This document shows positions 25,112 to 37,882 of a stretch of 64,000 nt of DNA, piece after piece. This DNA comes from Paraphysomonas bandaiensis (Eukaryota; Protista; Chrysophyceae). Every line of letters begins with the position of its first letter. Position 1 is the stretch's first letter. Location: contig CBFFRP010000115.1 of NCBI GenBank assembly GCA_965644295.1, forward strand, positions 70,754-134,753. Direction: 5' to 3'. The notes under the pieces were generated by a model. The model searched no databases. It was not told the DNA's origin and saw nothing but the letters and a program-made list of their open reading frames with translations. Position numbers and translations under genes: made by a program.

Positions 25112-28036
25112 ATGGCGAGGTATAAGCTATTGGCCCTTGCCTTGGCGCATATTGTCCTGTTCGCGACAGCGACTACTGCGCCTACAAGTGTTCCCTCCGG
25201 TCAGCCTTCTGGACAACCTACCGGTCAACCAACAGGTCAGCCAACTGGTCAACCAACAAGCGTTCCCACATCTCCTACTGGACAGCCCACTGGTCAGCCT
25301 ACTGGTCAACCAACAGGGCAGCCTACTGGCCAACCAACGGGTCAGCCAACAGGGCAACCAACGGGACAACCAACAGGTCAGCCCACTGGTCAACCAACAA
25401 GTGTACCCACATCTCCTACTGGTCAGCCTACTGGAGAGCCGACAGGACAGCCAACAGGGCAGCCTACTGGCCAACCAACGGGTCAGCCAACAGGGCAACC
25501 AACGGGACAACCAACAGGTCAGCCCACTGGTCAACCAACAAGTGTACCCACATCTCCTACTGGTCAGCCCACTGGAGAGCCGACAGGACAGCCAACAGGG
25601 CAGCCTACTGGCCAACCAACGGGTCAGCCAACAGGGCAACCAACGGGTCAACCAACTGGACAACCCACTGGCCAACCAACAAGTGTACCCACATCTCCTA
25701 CTGGTCAGCCCACTGGACAGCCTACAGGACAGCCAACAGGACAACCTACTGGCCAACCAACGGGTCAACCAACAGGGCAACCAACGGGTCAACCAACAGG
25801 TCAGCCAACTGGCCAACCAACAAGTGTACCCACATCTCCTACTGGTCAGCCCACTGGTCAGCCTACTGGTCAACCTACCGGACAGCCCACTGGTCAACCA
25901 ACAAGTGTACCCACATCTCCTACTGGTCAGCCCACAGGCCAGCCCACTGGACAACCCACTGGTGAACCAACAGGACAGCCGACAGGGGAACCAACTGGTC
26001 AGCCTACCGGTCAACCATCAGGTCAGCCCACTGGGCAGCCCACTGGTGAACCAACAGGTGAACCAACAGGACATCCGACTGGGCAACCTTCAGGACAACC
26101 TACTGGTCAGCCCACTGGAGAACCAACAGGACAGCCGACTGGTCAACCAACAGGTGAACCAACAGGACAGCCGACCGGTGAACCAACTGGTCAACCTACC
26201 GGGCAACCAACGGGTCAACCAACAGGACAACCAACAGGGCAGCCAACTGGTGAACCAACAGGACAGCCGACTGGGGAACCAACAGGGCAACCAACAGGTC
26301 AGCCCACTGGAGAACCAACTGGTCAGCCTACCGGGCAACCAACGGGTGAACCAACAGGACAGCCGACTGGGGAACCAACAGGGCAGCCGACTTGTGTTCC
26401 TACTGGTCAGCCGTCTGGTCAGCCTACTGGTCAGCCAACTGGTGAACCAACAGGACAGCCTACTGGAGAGCCATCTGGCCAACCAACATGCATACCAACT
26501 GGTCAACCATCAGGTCAGCCCACAGGTCAGCCAACTGGCCAACCAACTGGGCAGCCTACAGGTGAGCCAACTGGGCAGCCCACTGGTCAGCCAACTGGCC
26601 AGCCTACTAGTCAACCAACTGGGCAGCCTTCAGGGCAGCCGACGTGTATACCAACTGGTCAGCCCACTGGACAGCCAACTGGACAGCCAACTGGTCAGCC
26701 GACTGGACAACCTACTGGTCAGCCGACTGGACAGCCTACGTCAATACCTTCATCAGCACCATCCTATCATCCTGAGGATTACCATCACACTGTGTGGTCT
26801 CACCGCAGGAGGTAAGAAACTGCTGTTGCAAGCTGTGAAAGTTGTAATACATAATGACTGTTCTTAATAATGTATGGTACAAAGCACTTTTTTAATTACA
26901 CAATATGTACATGTCGTAGATGGAGGCGGTCCGGTATGTGTGAAAACATGTGTAGTGGGCATGGAGATTGCAGCGCTCAGAGCGACAGGTGATTAGACCA
27001 AATCATATTTGAATGTATCGCTCCTATATGAGATGTGCATGTACAGAATTTATTGACCTGTCACATCTGGAACATCGTTATGTATAACGTGACCAGATGG
27101 ATTCTTTTTAATGTCTATACAGGTGTAGATGTCACCTGGGATTGGACGGTGAAGAAGAATGGACTGGGGCTGATTGCTCTCTGCGTATGTGCCCGAAGTA
27201 TGTAGACACTCAATAGGACGTTTCAATTTCGATCTATTATAACGCACATGCTTAATATAGGAATTTTGCGTGGGTATCTGAGAAGGTTGTTGGGGCAAAC
27301 GACGCACGACCGTGGGTAGAGTGCTCGAATAAAGGGGTGTGCGACAGGAACACTGGGTATATATTTGTACTGTTTGCTGTCTTGCGTATGACATCATCTG
27401 CCGAATCGTTGTTGAGAAATTTCTTAACATGTTGTGATTTTCTGCAGCGAATGTCATTGTTTTGAGGGATATGGTGGCCTGTCTTGTCAACGTAGTCAAT
27501 GCCCAAATGTAAGTAGACGCCCTATGTTTGTAATACCTGCTTCATGCTTTTTCGTGACACATATGCTGTCACCAACTGAGTATTTATATCTGTATTACGA
27601 GTAACAGTGAATGTCTACCCTAAACTTTGCTCTGTAGGACTGTAATGACAGAGGGGAATGTCTTCCTGAGAAATATTTGGCGTCCAGAGCTGGTAGGGTA
27701 TATGATACCCCGTGGGATGCACTGAAGAATTGGGGGTGTTTATGTGACTATGGATGGAGAGGTCCTGATTGCAGTGAACAGGTGTGTTTGTGTCCACGTT
27801 ATTTGTATGTGTGTGTTGAGTTTGAAAGAACTTGCATACAATGCATATATGTATGTTTGGTTCATCACACTTCTATGTAGGAATGCCCATCTATGGCGGA
27901 CCCTCTACAGGGCTATGGGAGTGAGCAAGGGAGGGATTGCTCAGGGCGAGGTATTTGTGACTACAAAAGAGGCATCTGTAAATGCTTCACTGGATTTTAT
28001 GGGGAGGCTTGCCACAAGCAAACCATTCTTATATAA
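25112..28036 (+). CDS. Secreted protein: signal peptide + ~130 PTGQ-type repeats + SIG/mastigoneme-type EGF-like Cys-rich domain; 7 exons
   Basis: Signal [23 protein letters not shown]. The spliced C-terminus reads [101 protein letters not shown]. Confidence 0.85.
25180..26760 (+). repeat. Coding tandem repeat: 12-nt PTGQ unit with a 141-nt higher-order period
   Basis: PTSVPTS marker units sit at 25257, 25398, 25539, 25680, 25821 and 25902. Confidence 0.95.
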
Positions 28037-28678
28037 TTTTTTTTGAAACGCGTTTTGATATCACGTGAAGGCTTGCGCCCGCTCTTTGCCACTTTTTTCA
28101 AATGTGACAACGGTTTCGAATTATTTTATGAGTGCTGGTTTTCCAGTAGTAGAGGGAATAAATGTGATTGTATCTACAGTTTGAAGCTGGTCATTCATGA
28201 TGTTGGTATACACCTTGCGATAGAGAGATGATTGAAAATAAATGATTTGTAGAAGTAAAATTAGCTAGGATATGGAAATGATGCATTCCGTACCCAGAGA
28301 AAGATAGACGATAAAACTTTGGTTATGATGATAGACTGAGTAAGAGTAGATCAGATTATAGATGCAATGATTGATAAAATAACCACAAATGTACTTTAAT
28401 GACTATGTTTTATTTTTCTAACTACTATTATTTGCAGTTAAACTGTATCTAGGTTCTATATCTGGGATTGCGAAAAAATATTGCAATTGTATTGTTTGTC
28501 TGAGTTGATTAATTGATTGATTAATTATTTAAGATTCATATTTTTAATTTAATTTCGGATTATTAGTTTCAACATCAATACTTATGCTGAATTTATTTAG
28601 AAATAATTGGAACATATGCCGGTATTTGATTTTCAGCACTTCACATTCGTTGAGTTGACTTCATCATATATTTTTTCA

Positions 28679-29190
28679 CCCTCAATAACGTCGGACTTGC
28701 ACATCTTCATGGTGCTCTCTCTGGGGATAAGAACCGGAGATATTTCTCCGGGGAAACGAACGTGAGCCGCATATATGTCAGCAGATATTGTTCTGCCCAC
28801 TCATATATAGCCAAATTCTTGTGTGGTACAAGGACCACTATAATATAAGTGTCACTTTCGTAGACGTATTTGGGACTTCACGAATGAACAGGTATCCGAG
28901 ACGGGGCCCACCTGAAGAGGTAACTGGGGTATTGGGCTGCCTACTACTGAAGTCAAGCATCTGGGAATGGGCCCCCACCTTAAGGACCCGAATATTCTGA
29001 AGTTAGCAGTTGGCAGATATCAGGTATATATCAACATACTGCTTTCTCACTACGTTTGATTTGAGTGATAGAGCGAAAGTGGTTGAACCTTAGTGCTTGC
29101 GGTTACACACAAGCAGCTATCGTTGCGTTAAATATTAGGATAGCAGATCTTAGCAGTGACTCTTAAACACGTATTGCTTATAGTAAGATA
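28679..29190 (+). repeat. Dispersed repeat family R1, most complete copy (~510 bp)
   Basis: Contains all conserved blocks from ccctcaa to tagtaaga. Confidence 0.85.
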
Positions 29191-29547
29191 TTCACAACAA
29201 CATTCTCTTCACTACTATATAATATTTGCAAAAAGTTTACATATTCCTCATTCACTTCGCAACCAGTATCCTACTATATCCTCAGTATTATTAAAATATT
29301 GAATATCTTATACATATGTTATTAGCGGTATAACTTAGATGTGTAAGGTGTAAGCAATAAGCATGGAGATATTAAATTGAAATATTCTAATAAATTGGAA
29401 CTATTATATGTAGACTAAACCATAGTCTGTAACCAATGATGATATAAAGTGGAATTATTACAACACTGAGCAAACCTATCACGGTACCCCTCCATTCTAT
29501 AGTTTCCTTATTAGATAGAGTATCAGCATGTCTGTACAATTCACTAG

Positions 29548-30470
29548 CTAATGAGTTATAGAACTATAATAATCGATACTATTTGTATCTATCAAACTAA
29601 TACAACATAACGCATGGAGTGTATTTTTCGAAGCACAGCCGAACGCAAACGAACTACCATCATGCCGATAAGGCCATATCTTATCTTTAATCTGCGAATA
29701 GAATATATCACGTACTGCAAACATCTTACCGTAGTCGGAGCACACAGGCACAGAATTGGTGGTAGACTTCGTAGAGGTGACCTATGATAAGCATTGAACA
29801 AGGCGGCATATTTCTTGCCATTCTTGGTATAATACTGAACTAAGAGTTCTTTACGCTGTTGATTCCACAGTCCATTCCACTGTCCTCGCTTATTGACACG
29901 TTTACGAACTTCACGAGTGAGTGCTTTGAAGCGCTGTGGATTCACAGCTCTGATATATCTTACTTTCTTCCTTGCAAGCCCTTCTCTTGCAGCTTCATCA
30001 TGATAATACGGGTCGACTATCTATTAAAAATTTTGTTGTCACAATTTCCATGAATTGTATGCCAAGAGAATCAATCCTTGGATAGCAATCCCTCAAGTGA
30101 TCTCAGTACCATATAAGTTGCTCTCAGCAAAGGTCGCGAATGACGTATTACACGTTCTGGGGTATGTTGTTCTCCATAAATTCGAATCCAAATTGCAAGA
30201 GGCTTATATATAGAACACAATGAAAGCAAAATTACTGCTCCACAGTCATATTATCTCAAGTCGGCAGGGTGAATATCCTGTGCTATTTTCGTCACAAGGG
30301 ATACTGTAACAAAATTAAAGAGTATCTTGAGGAAGCTGAAAGTGCGCAAATAAAACGTAGGGTATCGATCTGCATCAACCGTATGAGGCAGATGGAATGA
30401 CACATTGGCTAAATCAATTGGTGTCCAACGCCCAGTGATCTCTATTTCCTGAGCACGCTCTGAGTTTCAT
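29548..30470 (-). pseudogene. Degenerate, internally deleted piggyBac-like transposase
   Basis: Fragments FLKILFNFVTVSLVTKIA, IYKPLAIWIRIYG, LLVQYYTKNGKKYAALFNAYH and PVCSDYGKMFAVRDIF..WPYR occur in piggyBac order, broken by stops and frameshifts. No TTAA/TIR was found. Confidence 0.45.
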
Positions 30471-31024
30471 GTCGCGTCATCTTCATCGTTGCAAAAAGAG
30501 AACCAGGTTTGCGCTTTCTAAATGCTATGTTAAACTATGAGTGAATGGAGAATATAATGAACTTACCAGCGAAGTGTGAAGTGTGGTTCACAGTTCACAC
30601 TATCTGATTTTGACTGCTTTTATGACAGTTATTTTATGTATGAAAATCGACGTTATTTTCAGTATGGTTACAGACTATCAGACTATGGTTTAATCTAATG
30701 CTAATATATAATATAGCTAAGTTAGCTATTGAAGCGATATTCTTAATGACACTATAAATGGGCCAATACCAGGCCCTTGACTACTATGTTGTGCTGCTTG
30801 AACCAACTCGACTAACTAATAGATGTATAACTGCGATATTGAAATTTATATACACCAACTTAGATGTGAAAATGTAATTACCGACAATAAGGCTCGCTTC
30901 CCTCCTGCCGATATTTTTCTATATATAGCTACATAGTTTTCAAAGAGTGTCTTGTTAACTTATTGATATAAGATTAACTGGCTTGCTACTGGTGCGATAC
31001 TTTGACAAAATGTGTAGACCCAAG

Positions 31025-34000
31025 TTATGCTTTCTCTGAGCCAATGACTTTGAGTACCTCCATAGCTGCATGCGTTATTCTAGTACCAGGCCCAAAAATG
31101 GCGACAGCTCCTGCAGCAGTTAAGAAGTCATAGTCTTGTGGAGGGATAACTCCACCACATATGACCTTGATATGACTTCCCCCACACTACAGAAATTGAT
31201 GTTATATACATTTGTAATATAGTCAAAACATTACAGAGTTTTCATCATCAGTCTATGATCACGACATCAATGCAGGCAGCAACTGAATGTACCTCTTTTA
31301 GAGCCTTCATCAGTGCAGGGACAAGGGTCTTATGGCCTGCAGCTTGAGAACTAACGCCAATTACGTGAGCATCCGCGTCAATTGCTTGCCTAGCAACCTC
31401 CTCTGGAGTACTGAATAGAGGTCCAACATCGACATCGTAGCCCATATCAGAAAATCCGGACGCAATAACCTGGATAAAAGAACATCAAAAGTATCACTAA
31501 CATCAGTTTGAGCACATCAGCAATATAAAATTTGAAGGGTACACAAGTACTGTCAACTCAAACAAAATATTAATAACTGTCGTGCACATTACCTTGGCCC
31601 CTCTATCATGACCATCTTGGCCCATTTTTGCAACCAGAATCCGAGGCCTCCTACCTTCGCGCTTCTCAAATGCGTCAACCGCTTTAAGGACAGAATCGTA
31701 TTCGTCGACTCCGCCAGCCTCATTAAAGGTGGCACTGTAGGCCCCCTGCACCACTCTTGTGTAGGCTACATGACGCCCCCATACCTATAAACACCGTATG
31801 GTTACAGTATACCCAGAAAAATAATGAAACTGCAGGATAGGACATATCTAAATCATCAAATGTTAAGTAGTAGTATATGGAGGACGCTCCCATATCATAG
31901 TAATATTCCACCACAAGTGTAAGTTTCACAAGAGGTGTCATAACCTTACCTTCTCAAGAGCCTCTGTGATTTCTCCAAGGGTAGCCCTGACTTTAGCCGC
32001 CTCAACAGACAACTTCAGTAGGTTATAATCGTGGTTTCCATCGCAAGTACCACCATTCATTTTGGCGCTCTCTGTAAGCTTATCTAAAGCGGCTTTAACC
32101 TGTATACAGGAGTGGATACAGTTATATACAAGCTACATTATGATAGAAAATGCTAAACAGCTTTCACATGGTGCGAGCATGTAGGAACACTAGAGCAAAA
32201 AAAAAGTACTACCTTAGTTTCGTCCCTATTAGCTCTTAGCTGTCTCAGTTTCTCAGTCTGAGAAGCCCTAACAGTGGCGTTATCTATGGACAGTACATCG
32301 ATGTCCTCCTCCTGCGGGAGCTTGTATTTGTTGATTCCAACAATCGTTTCTTCCCTAGAATCGATTCTGGCCTGTCGATAAACAGATATTATCCATTGAA
32401 CGTTATGGCGATGTATACGACATAAGAAATATAATATACAATCTACAGTAGTATCTATATATTACCGGGCACACATATATCAGAACACTTATACACCTGT
32501 TTCCTGGTTGCTGATTCCTCAATGCGTAGCTTGGCCATACCACTCTCAATAGCCTTGGTCATGCCACCCATGCCCTCGACCTCATTAATGATTTCCATCG
32601 CAGCATCAGCCAGTTCAGTGGTAAGTGATTCCATCATGTGAGATCCGCCCCATGGATCAGCCACCTATACAGTGGATAAAATCACACTAATAAATGTAAG
32701 AAAGCATAGCTACCTTGGTAATATGGGTTTCTTCTTGCAAAATCAATTGGGTATTTCTTGCGATTCTAGCACTGAAGTCAGTCGGTAAACCCAATGCCTC
32801 ATCGTAACTATTCGTATGTAGTGACTGAGTCCCTCCCATGACAGCGGACATGGCCTCAATAGTGGTCCTCACTATGTTGTTATAAGGGTCTTGAGCTGTG
32901 AGAGAATAACCAGATGTTTGGCAGTGGGTTCTCAGAAGCAAAGATTTAGGGTTCTTGGCACCCATTTCAGCCATTAATTTCGCCCATAACATACGAGCAG
33001 CTCTCAACTTGGCGATTTCCATATAGAAGTTCATGCCTATAGCAAAGAAAAACGATAATCTTGGAGCTACTTTATCAATGTCCAATCCTGGATCAAGAGC
33101 AGAAATTAATGTCATAGGAGAACAGGGTAATCACAATGTATAAAGTACATAATATGTTCTAGATTAAAAACAGCTTCGACGGTTACACAAAGAGGATAAG
33201 TCTATGCGGCAGGGCACCTGCTTCTTTGGCAGCTCTGACATATTCAACTCCGTCGGCAAGAGTAAATGCTAGCTCTAACTTAGAATCTGCTCCAGCCTCT
33301 TGCATGTGATAACCTGACGGAATACGGATGTAAATTTCTCAAGTAGAACTCATGAAATAGGAGCACACGATTACATATATATCGTATATCGCGCTTATGA
33401 ACACAGGCTACATGTATTTACTATGTATATTCCGAAGAGCACATAAAAATTAGCACCTGAAATGGAAATGCTGTTAAATTTGGGCATATATGTGCTGGTG
33501 TATCCAAAAATGTCTTGGATAATCCTCATAGAATGAGCGGGTGGATATATGTATGTATTTCGAACCATGAACTCCTGTAGGTCATGTTGTCAGAACCATA
33601 TATGACGGAGGATATACAATGCGATTTAGAACGCTAATAGCCTATGCACCAATGTACAACGCAAGAAGATATTACACGTAACACCACAAATATTATACAG
33701 ACTTTGAGAATATCATTCTGGATTGTTCCCGCAAGCTGCTCATGGCTAGCCCCCATTTCCAGAGCTGTCACAATGTAGAAAGCAAGTACTGGCAGTACAG
33801 CCCCATTCATCGTCATCGAGACTGAAACCTAAATATATAGACAACAGAAATGTCATATACATTATACAATTCCGATTCCAAGATCTACTATAAAAGTATG
33901 TAACACTCACTTTATCCAATGGAATGTCCTTGAAGAGTATCTTCATGTCTTCCACAGAGCTAATCGGCACTCCGGCCATTCCGACGTCACCAGACACTCT

Positions 34001-34566
34001 AGGATGATCGGAGTCGTAGCCTCGATGAGTAGCTAGATCGAAAGCCACTGACAAACCCTGCTGACCCGCGGCAAGGTTACGCTTGTAAAACGCATTTGAT
34101 TCTTCGGCAGAAGAGAAGCCCGCGTACTGACGGATAGTCCAAGGTCTAGCCGTATACATCGTGGCGTAGGGTCCACGTTTAAATGGGAACACACCAGGGG
34201 CTTCGGCGGATTCCGAATCACTTCCTATTAAAGCAATTATCATTCCTCAATTCGAGTGGTGGTTCCACAGGGGGTATGATCAGTAGTCATAATTACAATC
34301 ACGGCAAATGAGCGACTCCTCAATCAAATACATGTACATATATACATATGCAATACATCACAGTACCCAGCACCATATCATATACTTCAATCAACCCCAC
34401 CTGTATATAAAGGCTTCAATGTCACGCCTTCAGGAGATTTCCATTCCAAACTAGCGGGGTCTTTGTTTTTTAACTCTTTTCTAGCTAGTTTTTCCCATTC
34501 AGCGGGGTAAGACATAGCACGCACCATGGAGTGGTGACGGCTCACAGTGCGGGTGATTCGAATCAT
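31025..34566 (-). CDS. MMUT: Mitochondrial methylmalonyl-CoA mutase (adenosylcobalamin-dependent), multi-exon
   Basis: [51 protein letters not shown], and the B12-binding motif [12 protein letters not shown]. Arg/Ser-rich transit peptide. Confidence 0.97.
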
Positions 34567-35172
34567 TAGTGAATCAAAATTAATTATTTGGAGACACAAT
34601 ATTCCACCAGAGCCGTGAATAGTAAGAACTATGAACAAGTTGGAGAATGACTGTGTTGGGTTGGAGCTCGGCGTGTTGTTGGCATGATGGTGCGATGATG
34701 GCTATACTGTTGAATAAATACGTAATATAATGAAGTTGGAACTGAAATCTCCTCAAGATACTGTTTTTACCCAATTGTATATAGAAGAGCTAAGCTGATT
34801 GGTGGAATTGAAAGCTGTTGATGAGAAAAAGTACAGAACTGAAAACGTTTGAAGATACTCTATGCATCCAATCAAAATTCGCTAAATAGAAACAATAGGA
34901 AAAAATCAACTCCTGCATATGAGAATGGTGTGTAGGCAATTGGTATGTATACACTGTGACTATTGCTGCTCCTCGTAGTTACTAACATGCTTAGAGTATA
35001 ATCTCCCATATATCACTCTACATTTCCAGCTGTGCTAGTTATCTACCTATTCATTTGCTTTGGCTAATCTTTGGATTATTCACAAGCAAATAATTTTTTG
35101 ATTCGTCGTTAGACAATATATAATTTGATCCCTCTGTCTGTGTTGTTGTTGCTTTGTTGAATATTTTCCAAG
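34567..35172. promoter_or_regulatory. Probable bidirectional promoter (MMUT / SmB) with CCAAT boxes
   Basis: Divergent starts ~600 bp apart, with CCAAT/ATTGG near 34771, 34798, 34868 and 34940. Confidence 0.45.
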
Positions 35173-36328
35173 ATGTCAATGGCCAGGAGCTCCCGTATGC
35201 TCCATTACATTAACTACAGGATGCGTGTGGTGTTACAAGACTCGTAAGTGCATGACATGTTTTTATAAATGTACAATATAATACAATGACATGTTTTGAT
35301 ATTTCTGTGCGATGGAATGTTTGTATGTTTGTATCGTATAAGTTAGTACAATCCACTCCATTGCCCTGACGATATATTACACATAGACGCACTCTGGTAG
35401 GCACATTCATGGCGTTCGACCGCCACATGAATATGGTATTGGGAGATGCCGAAGAACACAGAAGAATTAAATCCAAGAAAGGACAAGGTAACTAAATTTC
35501 CCATACATAGTAATTTTGCAATTACGTTATCATGTAATACTTCGTCGACTGTGTGTATTTTAACATTGAGTGTTCCAGGAATTAGCGAAGAAAAAGAAGA
35601 GAAGCGTGCTCTTGGTCTTGTGATCTTGAGAGGTGACTGCGTAGTTTCAATGTCTATTGAGGGACCTCCCCCACCTGAAGACGACGAGAAGTTGATTCCA
35701 GGTTAAAATATATGAATGCCTATTTGCTAGTACTAGTTGTGAATATCACGAATACCTTTTACTTATCTGCTGGCTTAATATGTAGGTGGACCTGGTGTAG
35801 GCAGAGCAGCTGGGCGCGGTCTACCAATGAATCCCCTTTCTGGAGCCCCCGTTGGATTAGCGGGTCCTGTAAGTGGGGTCGGTGGACCTGCTGCATCCAT
35901 GATGGCTCCCCCAGTACAAGGTGTGTAAATCCTTTTATTGTATATATACAATATTCTAACTTTAAATGTATGCAGTGGCTGCTCAAATGGGCGCTCAACA
36001 GTTCCCTAGACCCAATGCCCCTCCGCCTGGCATGCCCCCTAGAGGTCCCCCCGGTACGAATTTTTCTAACTTTTAATATGTTGTCTAATTTTTATCGGGT
36101 TATAGGCATGCCGCCTGGTATGGTGCCTCCAGGTATGCCTCCAGGAATGATGCCACCAGGTATGATAGTTGTACGCACGGAATGCAGTAGTGCCTAGCAA
36201 TATCTTCTCGCCCCCGCATCTAATGAGAGTTGTATGTAGGCATGCCTCCTGGTATGATGCCTCCTCCTCCTGGTATGGGTGCCCCACCTAGAGGCCCTCC
36301 CCCGGGACATGCCCCACCTCGTGGATAG
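35173..36328 (+). CDS. SNRPB: Small nuclear ribonucleoprotein SmB/B', multi-exon
   Basis: [62 protein letters not shown], and a PPGM-rich tail. Confidence 0.96.
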
Positions 36329-36707
36329 AGATGCACGTTGCGTCGGGCATCTGCTATAGATATATGAAACAATGCATACGTTGGCTAGCTTGAGGTCGTA
36401 TAGTGGCTAGTATTGGCTCTAGTGAATAACTCTTATTAAGAAGGAAATTGCAGACAGATTTTTTGACTTAGCAGTGTATGATTTATGCACCTGTATTTGT
36501 TCCTTCGTTATATAACTTCACCAAGTCCTTTTAATATTAAACATCAGTCATAGTCATGAAACTCTATCCGTAGCTGCTTATGACGACATTTTATCCGTAG
36601 CCGAAGATGTACACACAAAACTCTTCTAATCTACTATCGCTTCCGCAAATAATAAATAACGCTTGCAAATATATAAAACTAATCCTTTCCGCATATATAC
36701 TATATTG

Positions 36708-36873
36708 CAGGGCCTGGTAACCATTAATGGGCAATTAATAGTAATGCCACTATAATTGCCGGGACATTTTAAATTAATGCCATTATAATTGCGGGGACAT
36801 TTTTCATTAATGCCATTATAATTGCCGGGAACTGGACAACCATTAATGGGCCATTAATGGTTATCAGGCCCTG
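36708..36873. mobile_element. hAT-type MITE (166 bp)
   Basis: 23-bp TIRs cagggcctggtaaccattaatgg / ccattaatggttatcaggccctg (1 mismatch). The 8-bp flanks are ctatattg / ctatatca. Three internal taatgcca(c/t)tataattgc repeats. Confidence 0.8.
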
Positions 36874-37240
36874 CTATATCAATTGAAAATCTGATTATTA
36901 AGAAGCGCAAGCTTGTGCGTTGCCGCGACCAACCTAACAACTCGCGCGACACTATGCATAACATGACTCTCATCTAGTTACTATTGCATGCACCGACAAG
37001 TGCTCAACTATACAACACGATTTAGTTAGCTACATGGGCATACGACGAGTTGTTTAAGCCGGATCATACGCTCCTGCCCAATCTACTTGTCCTAACACAA
37101 ACAACTTGCGGTCGGTGTCTTCGGCATATGTCTCCTGTATATGAGGCAGATCTTTAGGGCCCTCTTCAAGGTGGTGTTCACAGCAGCAGGTAGTCTGGAA
37201 GGGAGAATAAAGTAGCTCTATAGCGACGGGTCCTCCCACG

Positions 37241-37627
37241 TGTAATCTTTCTGATGAGAAAGACCGTGTTTACAACGTTTTATATGAATTTAAAGTGCTT
37301 CCCAAACCGAGAATACACTGTCCAGAACACCAAACCGGTGAAACTGCCTCCTAACACAAGCAAACCGCGAGTATAGAATGAATTAAATTACGTTAAAACG
37401 TGTAAAGAAAAAGTGAAATCATACAACACTCTATCTTGCTGTGAATCATCTACAGTTTACAGTATCATACTTGTACATATACGGGACTTATATCCCTTCA
37501 AGAATACAGTAACCGCAATGTATACTAAATAAACTGAAAATGAAAGTACAACAGCATGCTACCTAGAGTACCGCAGTATAACACCGTATAACTCCACGTA
37601 TAACAGTAACTACAGGTATGCGTGACA
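37241..37627 (-). repeat. 3' LTR
   Basis: Direct repeat of 41910-42296, adjacent to the polypurine tract. Confidence 0.96.
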
Positions 37628-37644
37628 CTACCCCTTCTCCCTCC
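37628..37644 (-). other. Polypurine tract (GGAGGGAGAAGGGGTAG)
   Basis: Purine run immediately 5' of the 3' LTR on the minus strand. Confidence 0.9.
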
Positions 37645-37882
37645 AGCTAGAGAAAAGAAATAGGAATACATATCTGGGATAGATAGAAGTAACACTTGTA
37701 TCAGCCAATATAGCGTCATTCCAAGCATTAGCAAATAAATATCCAATTCATGAAATAAAAGTAATAAACATACGTAGAGCAATATTATATAATAATAAGT
37801 ATGAATAATAGTATGAATGTTATAATATATATATGTGATATAATCATGAAATAAATATTAAATAAATAAAAGTAATCAACAA

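Noticed and set aside
25180-26760. CRISPR-like or other prokaryotic repeat arrays
   Set aside because: The repeats have no unique spacers, and the window is spliceosomal-intron-rich eukaryotic DNA with no cas genes.
25101-26867. 588-aa alternative-frame ORF and antisense ORFs over the PTGQ array
   Set aside because: By-products of repeat codons lacking stops; only the PTGQ frame has a signal peptide and splices onward.
37251-37262. CTGATGA-GAAA in the LTR resembling a hammerhead ribozyme core
   Set aside because: There is no stem II between the two core strands, it lies antisense to the element, and it is explained by the 7-bp U5 hairpin.
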